A DNA stretch of 64,000 nucleotides, taken from positions 2,100,506-2,164,505 of the forward strand of contig MU004235.1 in the NCBI GenBank assembly GCA_010405405.1, given 5' to 3'. The translations under genes were made by a program, and so were the position numbers. How positions within the stretch are numbered: the stretch's first letter is position 1; each line of letters opens with the position of its first letter. The DNA is from Microthyrium microscopicum. Taxonomy: Eukaryota. The notes below the pieces were generated by a model. That model was not told the origin of the DNA, searched no databases, and saw only the letters and a list, made by a program, of their open reading frames with translations. This document shows, in pieces, positions 1 to 12,016 of the stretch.

Positions 1-177
1 GCAGACCTTGGCACCTCAATTGCATGCCTCACGCCTACAATCTGGCCAGTCACAGATCTACAGCCCAAATTTGACTTGAGCAGGTGTTACTATCAGGTTG
101 GCGGAAGCCTACGCGAAGTTCAATTCGACGGATCTAACTGGAACGTATTGGGATTTGTGCCGTTGACAGGATCGTGA
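1..177 (+). CDS. 3' end of a gene running in from the left; C-terminus resembles a fungal fucose-lectin-like beta-propeller
   Basis: Frame 1 is open from base 1 to TGA at 175-177: ADLGTSIACLTPTIWPVTDLQPKFDLSRCYYQVGGSLREVQFDGSNWNVLGFVPLTGS. GTSIA and R-x-YYQ-x-GG-x-LREV-x-FDG-x2-W resemble propeller blade motifs. Family call is tentative. Confidence 0.5.
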   Translation, partial: ADLGTSIACLTPTIWPVTDLQPKFDLSRCYYQVGGSLREVQFDGSNWNVLGFVPLTGS

Positions 178-908
178 GACGAAATGAAGGGCTTGCAATT
201 CTAACATCCTGCATTAGCGGGCGCGTTGGTCAATCTTTGAAGAATTATAATACTAGATGAAAGATATTTATGCCCAAAACCGGAATCCCGAACGCTGTCA
301 TGTTCAAGCTGCTCTGAATTGCACATCGATTTTGCTCAATGCCAAAACTATGCGCACTTATCCAGCTCACAAAAGCCTTTTAGCTATCCAGCCCCAAATG
401 TTTACCCGATCCATTGTTTCTAGCAATATCTGTGCAGCGGCAATCCCCCGTCTATTACCCAGATTAACCGAGTGGATAAACGGGGGACTTACAAGCTTCA
501 AAAGAAGCAATGCCCCGCCGAACGATATATCAAGAGTCGCCCTATCACAGATTAGCGGCGTGGTTTGCAAAGCCTCCAGTGGACACATAAGTGCCCACAG
601 CGGAAACATTCATTGCTCAAGTTGTTCGTTCAACATTGTACCTCATCCAACACCCTACCGCCCTTAAACCTTGCGTCAGATTGAACTGGTGTCGCAAGTC
701 CATTGTTGGATTAATCACAAAGATTTGACTTTGTATCAGTTCGAAAGAACCGAGTGTCTCTAATCAGGTATCTAGTTAAAGAACCTGAAAAGATAGTCAC
801 CGCCGCCCTCTTGAGACCGCACGACAACGTTATACTCGTAGCAGAACCGCAAGTACCCAACCCGCTTCGAGAGCAGGGATTTGTCAATGACACGAATGTC
901 TGACGCGA

Positions 909-960
909 CCCTCGAAAGGACCGGCAGCCCTCGAAAGGACCGGCGGCCCTCGAAAGGGCC
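909..960. repeat. 19-bp tandem repeat, about 2.7 copies
   Basis: CCCTCGAAAGGACCGGCAG / CCCTCGAAAGGACCGGCGG / CCCTCGAAAGGGCC. Confidence 0.85.
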
Positions 961-1707
961 GCAAGGAGGGAGGAGGAGGATTGCAGTCAGTTGCAAGCTA
1001 AGCTAATCTACGGAGGCTCGTCACGTAGATGAAAATTTGTTGTTGATTGTTGTGGAGTGGTAAAGGAAAGCAGCGGGGAAGGTTTTTGTTTTGAGGCGAC
1101 GAGACGACGAAGGCAAATTTCTCTGTGGGAGGGGCAAATATAGCTTGGACCTTTTTATTGTGATAGTTGAAGGAACAATTGCCAATACTGGCATTTGAGG
1201 AAGGAGCTCACGAGCTGTTGTTGGTCTTAGGCAAGAGCAGCTCAGATGTGGCAGCCGCGACACACAGGTTATGGCAAGCACCAAGGACTTAGCAAATTGC
1301 AAGGCAACTTCTTATTACCAACAGAGAAGCCACCCCATTTCCAACAGTCTAGAGAGCATGCTGTTGCATTTTTCAAGCCTTGCATTGATGTACGAACCTT
1401 TCATAAGGCTAGGAATTTCAGCCTTGTGCTATTTCATCACTGGGCTCTGATTGGACAACCAATATCACAGGGGTTTTATTCCCGATAAGGTTACTATTTC
1501 AGACAGTGTAAGGAAGTAGTCAAAGTCTTGGAATTTAGATTGTCTATAAAGTTAGCTAATCAGTAGGCAGCTTATCTCCCATGGTGGAGAACGGCGAACT
1601 CCGCCTCTTGTGCTCCAGTACTTCTTCTTATTCTTTACCCATCTCGACATCATAACAAGGCTTGCTTCAAGTACATCAGATAATATTGAGGTCGTTGCAA
1701 AAGCAAA

Positions 1708-2711
1708 ATGGGTTCCCAGCCGGTTCAATTCAGCATCCCAACAGTCGATTTATCTACATATCTCCGCGACCCTGAAGCAGAGCAAGCGAATGAAATCGTG
1801 TCAGCCATTAGAGACGCTTGTATCACAAGCGGATTCTTCCAAATAACCGGACATGGCATATCTACAGAGCTGCAGGACGCAGTGTTCAAGAGCGCGGAAG
1901 TCGTATTCAAGCTCCCAGTAGAAGAGAAGATCAAGCTCCAATCGGCCACAGATGGCCGAGGCTACGAAGTAATCGGAGCACAAACACTGGAGGTCGGGAT
2001 GAAGGCAGATCTGAACGAAGTAAACTCCCTATTCACTATGTTGTGCATACATGCATGAATCTAACATTCATGCAGAGTTATTACGTTGGACCAGAAGTTG
2101 CCGTCAAGGAAAGCTACAGGAACTTCCAATATCCCAATGTCTGGCCATCCACTGACCTAATTTCTGAATCTGAATTCAAGGAGCCAGTCCTAGAATACCG
2201 CGAGCAAATGTGCGCCCTCGCCAACATACTAATGAGATGCCTCGCCAAGGGGCTCGGACTAGACCAGCACTTCTTTGACGGCTTCTGCAAGGATCCAATT
2301 GCTAATGTCCGGCTATTGCATTATCCTCCACAGCCAAACCTAGATGACCCCAAACAGCTTGGTGCTGGCGCACACACCGACTTTGGCGCGATCACATTAC
2401 TGATGCAAGATGATATGGGTGGTCTGCAGGTGAGAAAGCAAGATACTGCAGAGTGGATCGATGTAAAACCCAATCGAGATGCATATGTGGTTAATATCGG
2501 AGATATGATGCAGAAGTGGACAAAGGGCGAATATAATAGCAATGTTCATCGGGTCATCAATAGGAGTGGGAAGGAGAGATATTCTGTGCCGTTCTTTTTT
2601 GACGGAAATCTGGATTATGTACTGAGACCATTGGATGGTAGTGAGGATGTCGAGTATACCGTGGAGGAGTTTATGAAGGAGCGGTTTCAAAAGGCATACG
2701 GAACAAAGTGA
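1708..2711 (+). CDS. 2-oxoglutarate/Fe(II)-dependent oxygenase (IPNS-like, DIOX_N + 2OG-FeII_Oxy)
   Basis: Exons 1708-2019 and 2076-2711; intron GTAAAC..CTAAC..CAG at 2020-2075 joins the frames. Motifs IPTVDL, GFFQITGHGI, HTD, HRV and RYSVPFF. Confidence 0.93.
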
Positions 2712-2767
2712 TCACAAAGAGCTATAGATTTATTGCTTCAGCCGAAAGTAACCTTGAAGGCTTTGAT

Positions 2768-4301
2768 TTATGCCGGAAGAGAAGACATTGTATGTAGAGT
2801 CTGCTTACTACGACCTCGTCGCAAGTTCCATATCCAAATCGCATCTACGATCAGTATATCAAAGAAGCTAAAGACAAGACTGCCTCCAAAGACTAAGCTG
2901 TGATACGTCCAGGCATCTTCAGGATGCAATCTCACAACCTGACAAACGATCGCCCATGGCAAAACGTAGCACAGATTGGACACCAAACTCTGATACAGAT
3001 ACCAGCGTGGTTTGGTGGCAAGCAAAACTGTGGCCATTTGAGTTGAGACCGCATAAAAAATGTAGCACCAATCGATGGTCTTCCACATGTGTGCTGTGAT
3101 ATTGGATACTGCGTCCGAGTTGCTAAGATAATGAGCAAATGGTCCAGCTCCCCAAAAGGACAGGAAGAGACATAAAGGGACCTCGACGCAGAGCGCTATG
3201 ACGATTGATATCAAAGCCGATCTGACGATGGCCAGAATTTGTCTCCAGCTTGCGCTGACTTTGTGAGTAGCAGCCCCAACTTCTCGCTGCCACTCGCCCC
3301 AGGCATGGCCGATGAATGTCAAAGCTGTTGCCTCCAAAGTCTGAACAGGAACCATTACCAGTCCCCATCTGATTGTGTTGAAGACACCCCAGGCGGTGGT
3401 ATAGTCCGATCCCATGGCTACGATAGTAGAAACAAGCCAGAGATAGAGTGCATTGCGGACCGCGGACTCTGTCAGTGTGAGAACACCAGGACGAGCCATA
3501 ATTTTCAGTGCCGCCCAACTAGGCTTGACTGTACTGAGATCTCTGGACGCAGTCTTATAGCTGGTTGTATAGAGGAAATAGGCAAGGCCAATCAACGCGC
3601 CTGCCATGTTGCAAGCCAACTGAATGCCTCCCTGAGTGTTGACCGTTGGAGTAGATTTACCGACGTGAAACTTGGAGATTATGAGTAGGTCCAAGACAAT
3701 GTTGACAGCAAACTTGACAGAGCTGATCAATAATGGCACATCTGGCTTATCCAGCGCTCTAGTGGCAGTCGCGACAGCAGTCTCAATGGCAGAGCTGAGG
3801 GAGGAAAAGGCGCTGATTTTGACGTAGGTAATACTGGCCGCTCTGATTTCCACGGGAACAAACCCTTTGGCGAAAGTAGACGCAGCAGATACAAATGCAA
3901 TGCTCATAATTAGGCCCAATAGTGCTTGGATAGCGATCAAGGTATGTGTCAACTGGAGCCGTTCTGAGAGAGTTCGAGAAGCCTTGTCGCCAATAATCAA
4001 CCAGGATGCGCGTGGAAGTCCTTCATTGATGACCTCGGTGATCACGCCAACATACGTATAGACATCAGTTGTCGCTACCATGCTGGAGTCAATATTTGCA
4101 ACCCATAGTTTCGACAGGGTTCCGTAAAGTGCAGGCAAGATGAAAGCTGCAAAATTGAACGCAAACGCTCCTATAAAACTGCTCGAGATCAGATCTGTAT
4201 CGATTTAGAAGTGCCCAGATATTCTCACCTATCGCGACGAATCGGTATCTCATACCAGGGATGGCTTTTGTATAATCCTGTCCTGTTGAGTTCATGCTCA
4301 T
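2768..4301 (-). CDS. MATE-like multi-pass membrane transporter
   Basis: Hydrophobic ORF 2768-4138 with many TM segments ([46 protein letters not shown]). A short first exon from ATG 4301 ([15 protein letters not shown]) joins in frame via a GTATGA..CTAAAT..CAG intron. 5' exon less certain. Confidence 0.75.
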
Positions 4302-5469
4302 GGAAGCCTTCGGCGGTTAGGGAAAGACCTGTAGTCTCGACTTCAACGTCAGTCTTTGGAAGCATCCTGTAGCGGACCTGATCTCGATCAAAGCTGGCCA
4401 TCATACAAGTAGGCCAACCTCTTCACTTATATACTGCTTCTCTGCCATATCCCGATAAAGCGGCAAGCAGAAGATTCGGCACCTGCATCCAAGCAAATGC
4501 AATCGTTTGCAGCAAACTACCCCGCTCATTGAAAATTCTGAAAAGTCCTTTGGTGGCAAGATAGAGAGACGCTTGCTATATTGGATCAGCAAAGTTTCTC
4601 TTTCCTCTAAGGATGTAAGGGATCGATACGAGTTGTCCACTGAGCGCTGGGGCCAAGCGTTTGCCCTTGGCAATTGCTTTCTTTGATGCCCGCCAATGGA
4701 GAGGGTCGGGTGCCCTTTTGGAGTACCCTCGGATCGCGATCCGCAGGTACTCAGAAGGCGTTTTTACTCCCTAGATAGGAATAGCGCGTAAAAGAGTGCA
4801 AGTCGATTTTACTTAGTAAAATTGACTTATACTCTACTTTTACTTCTTATGCTAAGGTATAATTAACCTATTTTAGAATAGCGCTAAGGTTAAAGTAACG
4901 TTAAGTTATTATAAATATTAAAGGGCTATATATTCCTATTCTTCTAGATATAATAAGATTATACTATTTAAATCTATATCTTTTATTAGTAAAGATACTA
5001 AGAACCTAATATACTTAATTCCTCTATACGTATTTAATAGCCTACGCTAATATTGATCCTACGCTAATAGAGTTACTAATAGAGTTAATATTATCTTCTC
5101 TACTACTATTAGAATCTTTTAAGGAATCTTAGAGTAATATAGTAGTAGCTAGTATATAAATTTAGGAGGCTTAGGGCTAAGAATTAACTTAAGATTACTT
5201 ATAGTATACTTAGGACTAGTAGGTTAAGGAATCTTAGCTTCTTAAAGATTAGCACTAGGAACTACTTTAGGAATTAGCGCTAATAAGTAATTATCTAGGT
5301 ACCTTAATACTAATAGCTTAATTTTACTCTTATTAGTATCTTATTACCTAAAATATACGTATACTACCCTTTAGCGTAGGATGCGTTTTAGCTATATCTA
5401 GTACTTTAACTATAGGTTAAAGATATTAGATTAGATAGATAAAAGATAATCTTTGTCTAGTAGTAAATT

Positions 5470-6390
5470 ATGCCCTCTAGAACTATGACCTTTATAGTAG
5501 TGCTAGTAGTAATTAATTATTAAATTAGATAGGTAGATTTTAGATTTAAACTACTTTAGCCTTCTATACTATGATTAGTATTTAGCTTAATAAAGGACTC
5601 TCTTAGGGTACCCTAAAGTGCGTTATTAATAAGGCTATAAAGTAGCGGCAAGATAAAGTTAATAATAAACACTTAAGCTATACTATTCTATATAATGAAA
5701 CTTAATAAGCTCTAGATAGCTTTATTAAGGTATAGGATAGTTATAAAGCACGTTTAAAGGAGAGAGAAGCTATTAAAGAGAAGCTTAAAGTAGGTCGTTT
5801 AGAATCCTTATGAGTTAAAGACGCTTTAGCTATAAGGATAAGTAAGAGAAAGCGCTTCCTAGCTATACCTACTAATATTGTTATTAATAAGGACGATATA
5901 GTAGAAGTTAAGCCTACTAATGAATTAGTTATTAATCTTAATAGTATTAAGGACGAACTAACTAATTAGGCTAAAGATATAGCTTAGCCTAATAAAGATA
6001 TTAAAGAAATTCCTCTTCTAGCATAGATATCTACTTTACTAATAATCTCTAGACCTATAATTACTACTAATAACGTAGTAGCTATAATAGGGGCTTATAA
6101 TTAAATAGCTTAAGTCTATAGGACTTAAAATTACTTTGCTAAAAAGAAGACTATAATAGATGTTATATCTTTTGCTATAGAGGTATTAGCTAATATTAGT
6201 AAAAGGATTAGGCAAAGAGATAATATTAAATAGCGTATTATAAGTAATAATAACGTTAGTAGTAGTAGTAGTAGTAGTAGTAGTAAAGGAGGTAAAGTTA
6301 TAGGCTTAAGGGAAGAGGTAAATAGATTACGCTTAGAAATAATGAAGATAAAGGAGTTATTAAAGAGTCTTATAGACAATAGGCGTTAGT
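5470..6390 (+). pseudogene. RIPped second ORF of the Harbinger element (expected Myb/SANT-like DNA-binding protein)
   Basis: ATGCCCTCT at ~5470 followed by a Glu/Lys codon-rich relic reading frame convergent with the transposase. Two-ORF layout is standard for PIF/Harbinger. Boundaries approximate. Confidence 0.45.
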
Positions 6391-6499
6391 AAGAGTATTT
6401 TAGTATTCTCTATATAATTTAGTAGTAGCGTTAGAATGTAGTTTTTATATAAATCTTATAATAAATACTAAAAGCTTTAAAAGTATATAGAAAGATTAA

Positions 6500-7850
6500 A
6501 TAATTAGCTAACCCTACTCTATTAACTTTCCCTCCTTTAGTAAGAATATCTAACTTTACTTTATAACTTTAATATCTTTAATAAATACTATAACTATTTT
6601 ATACTATTTAAATTGTACTCTTCTAGATAATATACTAGTAGTATAATACTATTAGGACATAAATATTAATATATTATTAGTAGATTAATATTAAATTACG
6701 CGTTAATAATATTACTATAAAAATAGGTTATATAGTTAGTAAGTAAGAATAATACTATTATATACGCTCTAACTAGTATTAATCCTATCTATAGACTAAG
6801 ATAATAATTAGAGGTACCTCTCTTAAATAAATCCTTTATCTTACTAAAATATTACTTAATTAATACTCGCTTTTTAGTAGCTATTTTATTAAAATTCCTT
6901 TAGTATAGTAGAAGGTTTCCTTAGTATAGATTTATTATTAGCTTATTTAAAGGATAAGTGGCGTTACTATAAAGTATATATTTCTAGTAGTTACTAAATA
7001 TCTATATTCTAGGTTAGTATATTATAATAACTTTATAGTTTTATAACTTTAACTAATTATTTAAATGCGATTTAATAGGTTTAATTAAATTAATATTCTA
7101 GGATTGTTTACTATACTAAGATAAGGACTATTAATAGTAAGTATTATTTCGTTAGGAGAATATACTACTTAGAACTTTAAATTATACTTTCCTTTATGTC
7201 CTCTATATAAATATCTCTAGATTTAACCCTCTAGCTTTAAAATATTAATATAGGTACTATTAATATAACCTTAAAATATATCTTAATCGCTATTATGATA
7301 GATTATCTTAGAGTATTATTAGTAGCGCTTAGGCATAATTATAGAGTAGAATTTTAGGTACTTAGAATATTAGAAGTTAAGATATTTAATAGTCTTATTA
7401 AAGTAATCCTTTAGGTATATTATACTTCTACTAAAGCGTTTATAGATATTAAAATAATAATAATTCTAGGATAGCTATATTAGGACTAAATATAATAGGA
7501 AGCAACTTTTCTCTAAAGGATTATATTCCTTTAGTAGCTCTAGATTATTAAGATCTATTAGGTAAGATAATATCCTAATTTTATGCTTTAAAAAGCTATT
7601 ATATACTAATTAGTACTATAGGCATTCTTTAATACTAATCCCTAGTATACTAATATTATAACTACGTCTTAAACTCTAATAGATCTTTAAGACTTTAGTT
7701 AAACTTTATATATTTAATAGAAGCCCTAAATATATATTAGCGTAAGAATTCCCTTATAGTATAATACCTTAATACTAAGATTAGTATTACTACTACTCCT
7801 ATGGTTAGAATTTCTTTATTAGCGTCTATTTTGGGCTATTTTTAGCTTCT
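6500..7850 (-). pseudogene. RIPped Harbinger DDE transposase
   Basis: De-RIPped GDxxY and RVxIExxFG motifs on the minus strand; many TAA/TAG stops. Boundaries approximate. Confidence 0.7.
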
Positions 7851-9031
7851 TTTTAGCTTTAGGGCGTAGATTATTAATAGAAATACTATAAAGTTATAGC
7901 ATAAAAACGTTTATAGGGGCAATTACTATAAGGGCAGTTTCTATGGATTGATATCAGAAGATGTTAGGGGCTAGGCTAATTCGAGCGTAGATCTATAGTG
8001 AAAATCCGTAGTAAATGTGGAGTCGAAATCTCAGGAATTTCACACCCGACCCTCTCCAATTGGCGTGGTCCCATCATCTTCGCTGGCTCCCACGAACGCT
8101 ACTAAATAGTAGGTTCTACATTTGTCATTACATTGGATTAATTCACCAAGTCTGAGCGACCTACATGGGACATAAAGTACTCGATAGCAAAGCGTATCGT
8201 ATGGGAGCCACCAACTAGTTATTTTGTTTACCGGTTAGTTCACGAGCAATAGAGCTATTAAGTCTAGATGTATACATTCCACAGAAATTGTAGAGAGCAT
8301 CACATGCCTTTCCTGGTTGTTTGATGGCAGCAAAGGTGGTACATGAGGTAGCACAAGGCTTCAGCCTTATCGATTGAGTTTGCCGTTTAACGTGTGGTTC
8401 AGCACAGTAACAAGATGCCGTAGTAGCAGCCAATATGTAGTACAAAAGTCAACAATAACTTCCGCAATATGATGAAGCTCGGCAAGAGTTCCGCGAGGTC
8501 AGAGAATCACATACCGTAGGGGAGTACTTGCCGCTAGTCCAATTTGGTACTAGCAAAGTTACACTCGATCGTGGCCAACATCCAACCTCCAACCTTCTCA
8601 TTTACCATCAATGAACATCAAGTCTGGAGAACCTGATCGGTATCTCTAATTAGGATGAACCAATGAATTCCCGCGCATCGCCTTGATGATATTGGAAATC
8701 AGAGGCGCTTGCTGGCGACATTGAAGAAAAACAGAGATGGTCAATTATGATTCATCCTGGCTAAACCGCATTGGGACACCTACTAGCCAATTAGTCTTCA
8801 TTGAGACTCTATTCTCAGTGCTCTCTAAACATCAACGTATATAAGGTCATTAGATCTTGCCGTTGACTATGGAAGGTCACTTGAATCCCGCGTTTTGCTT
8901 TCGCTCCTTCCCGCTACCGCCCGTCTCGACTCGTACACTGCTCATTGACAAACTCTGGTAACTACACGACAAGCCTATATCTCGCTATAGCAGAATTCTT
9001 GGATTCCGAAAAGAGCAATCCGGCCAGCGTC

Positions 9032-10733
9032 ATGTCGACTTCAGTACCGCCGGGGCCGAATGAAGAAAAAGATCATTTCCATGATGCGTTCTTGAACAAT
9101 CCCGAGGATACAAAGTCTATTGCAGCCGCCCCGGAGGATACCAGTGCGTATCCGACTGGCATCACTCTTGCCTTCATCGTTGTGGCTTTGGTTTTGAGCA
9201 TTTTCTTGACCTGTCTCGACATGACCATACTTGCTACAGCCATTCCAAAAATCACAGACGAGTTTCACGGCCTGGACAACATATCCTGGTACAGCTCGGC
9301 CTTCTTTCTGTCCAACGGAGGCTTCCAGTCGACATGGGGGAAAGCATACAAATACTTCCCACTGAAGACTGTCTTCTTGATGTCCGTACTCGTTTTTGAG
9401 GTTGGAAGTTTAGTCTGCGGCGTCGCCCCGAATCCCCTTGCTTTGATCATTGGTCGCGCTATTTGTGGACTAGGAGCTGCTGGAATCGGAACTGGGGCGT
9501 ATACAATCATTGCCTTTGTTGCGCCTCCGCACAAGAGAGCTACGTATATGGGTCTTGTGGGCATGTCCTATGGCATTGCTTCTGCTATCGGTCCTTTGGT
9601 CGGCGGCGCTTTCTCAGACAAGGTTTCATGGCGTTGGTGCTTCTACATCAACCTCCCAATTGGTGGAGTGTCTGCGTTAATCATCATGCTATTCTTCCAC
9701 ACACCTAAAGGCGCTGAGCCAGTTGCTGCCATATGGAAGGAGAAACTTCTTCAAATGGATTTTGTGGGAGTTGCTTTGATTATGGGAGCCCTCATAACCT
9801 ATATCTTGGCCATACAAAATGGTGGACAGTCTCAGGCGTGGAATAGCAGTCTGGTCATTGGTCTGCTTGTCGGATTCGGAGCCATCGTTCTTGTCTTTGT
9901 GCTATGGGAACTATTACAACAAGAGAGGGCTATGATTGTGCCACGTCTATTCAAGAAACGCCAGGTCTTGGTCAGCTCCATGTACACCATGCTCTTTGGA
10001 GGTTCATACTTTCTCATCATTTACGAACTTCCGATATACTTTCAGAGCGTCGATGGAGCCAGTCCGACCTTATCAGGAGTATACAACCTCCCTCTGATAG
10101 TCGCTGTCACAATCTCCATGATCCTATCAGGGTACTTGATAACTCTCACCGGCCTAGCATCACAAATCCAATTGACAGGTGCAGCGATTGCGACTCTAGG
10201 CGCAGGCCTAATCTACACGCTTGACATAGGAAGCTCAGCGGGAAAGTGGATAGGATACCAAATCATTGGCGGTGTTGGTTGGGGTTTTGCTTTCCAAGTC
10301 CCCATAGTCATCGCCCAGAGTGGTGCTAATGCCAACGATATATCGTCCATCACTGCCATTATTCTGTGTAAGTCATCTCATCGAGGCTCTCCTTTTTAGC
10401 TTCACTGACATCAGCTCAGTCTTCCAGAATTTCGGCGGCACCTCATTCACTTCAGCAGCGCAATCGGCGTTCGCCAACCGCTTGATCCAAAATCTACCCA
10501 GACTCGCGCCAAGTGTCGACCCCGCCACGGTGATTTTGACTGGTGCCACTGAGATCCGGAGCGCTTTTTCGGCCGACCAGGTGCCAGGTGTTATTGCGGC
10601 TTACATGACCGGTGTCAAAGCCGCTTATGCGATCTCCATTGCTGGTGCTGGGCTCGCATTCCTGGTGACTTTGGGTAGTCGGTGGAAGAGGCTACATGGG
10701 GATGAAGGGAAGCTGGAGATTGGAGCCGTATAG
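9032..10733 (+). CDS. MFS drug/toxin efflux transporter (DHA2, 14-TM, GliA/AflT-like)
   Basis: Exons 9032-10367 and 10420-10733; intron GTAAGT..CTGAC..CAG. Motifs [36 protein letters not shown] and [13 protein letters not shown]. Confidence 0.93.
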
Positions 10734-12016
10734 GGCCTTTACGAAGTGACATCAATCCAAGATGTTCAGACCAAGATGGTCAGACCCGGTACCTTGGATG
10801 CGCCCAGGCTATTCGATAATATGCTCTAAGCTTCTTCATCTCCAGCTTTGTTTCACAAAAAACCTACAAATCATTCGCCCACTCGCTACTGCCCGTTTGC
10901 GATATGTATTCACGATTGTGGCGTCGCTTTCTTCGCCCCTATATGTCCATGAGTTGAGCTTTCAGCAAAGAAAATGACTGTCCGATTGGCACATTGCGAA
11001 ACCACTTGGCCACATCGCCTGAGGAAATTAGGATCACAACTGCAGTTTCAATACCCAAAATATCAACTTGTCTACTTAAATAGGTGGTTGTGGTGGATAA
11101 GAAAGCCACACGGAAACAAGATCCGGGAATAGAAATCTCATTTCGGGAACTTTTGTTCGGCTTAGAGCATGGGATCTCCTACAGTACTCTAGGTCGAGCA
11201 GACTGAATCACAACATGGACTAGCACCTCGTCATCAAAAGTTCGAGCGGTACGTCGTTGAAGTCACCATTTTGGTTGCAGCACGATAGATACTTGGCTTA
11301 GACCTTTTCCTAATCTGCACACATAGTGTAAGTGGTCAATTGGTTGACAGCATAAATAACGCGCTCAAGTTCAGTGGCTACCATCTACTGCACTTTACAG
11401 CCGGAGGCTTTATTTCTCCCTGAACGCGTAAAAGCGTCAATTCTCTGGGAGCGCGCTCGAAGTTAGCATCTTCTTGTTATGGAATTTGATGGGAGACAAC
11501 GCAGTCAATGGAAGCCCGCCTTTTTTTTGTCAAATCGTTGGTAGACGTTGTTCCTACCTTTCACGGACCTTGGGGTTCCTAGGAGTGCCTGGTGACGTGC
11601 CGTATCAATTAAAAAAAGGGGGAAGATTCTGTTGAAATTTTCCGAGTATTCTCAGAGAGCGCGGTATTCGGTACTTTGGTAAAGGTGGTTGCCCAGGTTA
11701 ACGACTGGCGATAAGGCGCCACAACAGTACTGCTTTGGGAAATCACGATGGTCGAAAAAGAAAACAAGCGATCAGGGGTAGTTCAGCGCGCCAACAAATC
11801 TTCATCCATTTTACAAGCCACCTTGAAGCCATTCAATAATGTCTTGCCCTGCAGACAGCCACAGTCTACAGAGATGCATACTTATTTAAGGGGTGCGCTG
11901 TTAAACCTTAAGTTAAGGTGCAGGAACTGGGTTCACCATCCTTCGATCTGTTGTGTACTGTAGCCATCACTCACTATCAAGGTGCTCAGACCATTTTCAT
12001 TCTTTATATATCCATC

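Larger units (their letters stand above)
4698..8057. mobile_element. RIP-degraded PIF/Harbinger DNA transposon (3360 bp)
   Basis: Perfect 15-bp TIRs GGAGAGGGTCGGGTG (4698-4712) and CACCCGACCCTCTCC (8043-8057); 3-bp TSD AAT (4695-4697 and 8058-8060). Interior is TpA-rich. Undoing RIP on the minus strand gives Harbinger DDE motifs LKFQxVxSPD..GP, YILYGDAxYP and FNK..KRVxIExxFGKxKxxF (~6830-7190). Confidence 0.85.

Noticed and set aside
257..1488. Several short ORFs on both strands
   Set aside because: No recognisable motifs or consistent splice model; may be a decayed gene but cannot be supported.
6131..6379. Leu-rich 82-aa ORF
   Set aside because: Product of an (AGT)n tract and RIP composition inside the Harbinger element.
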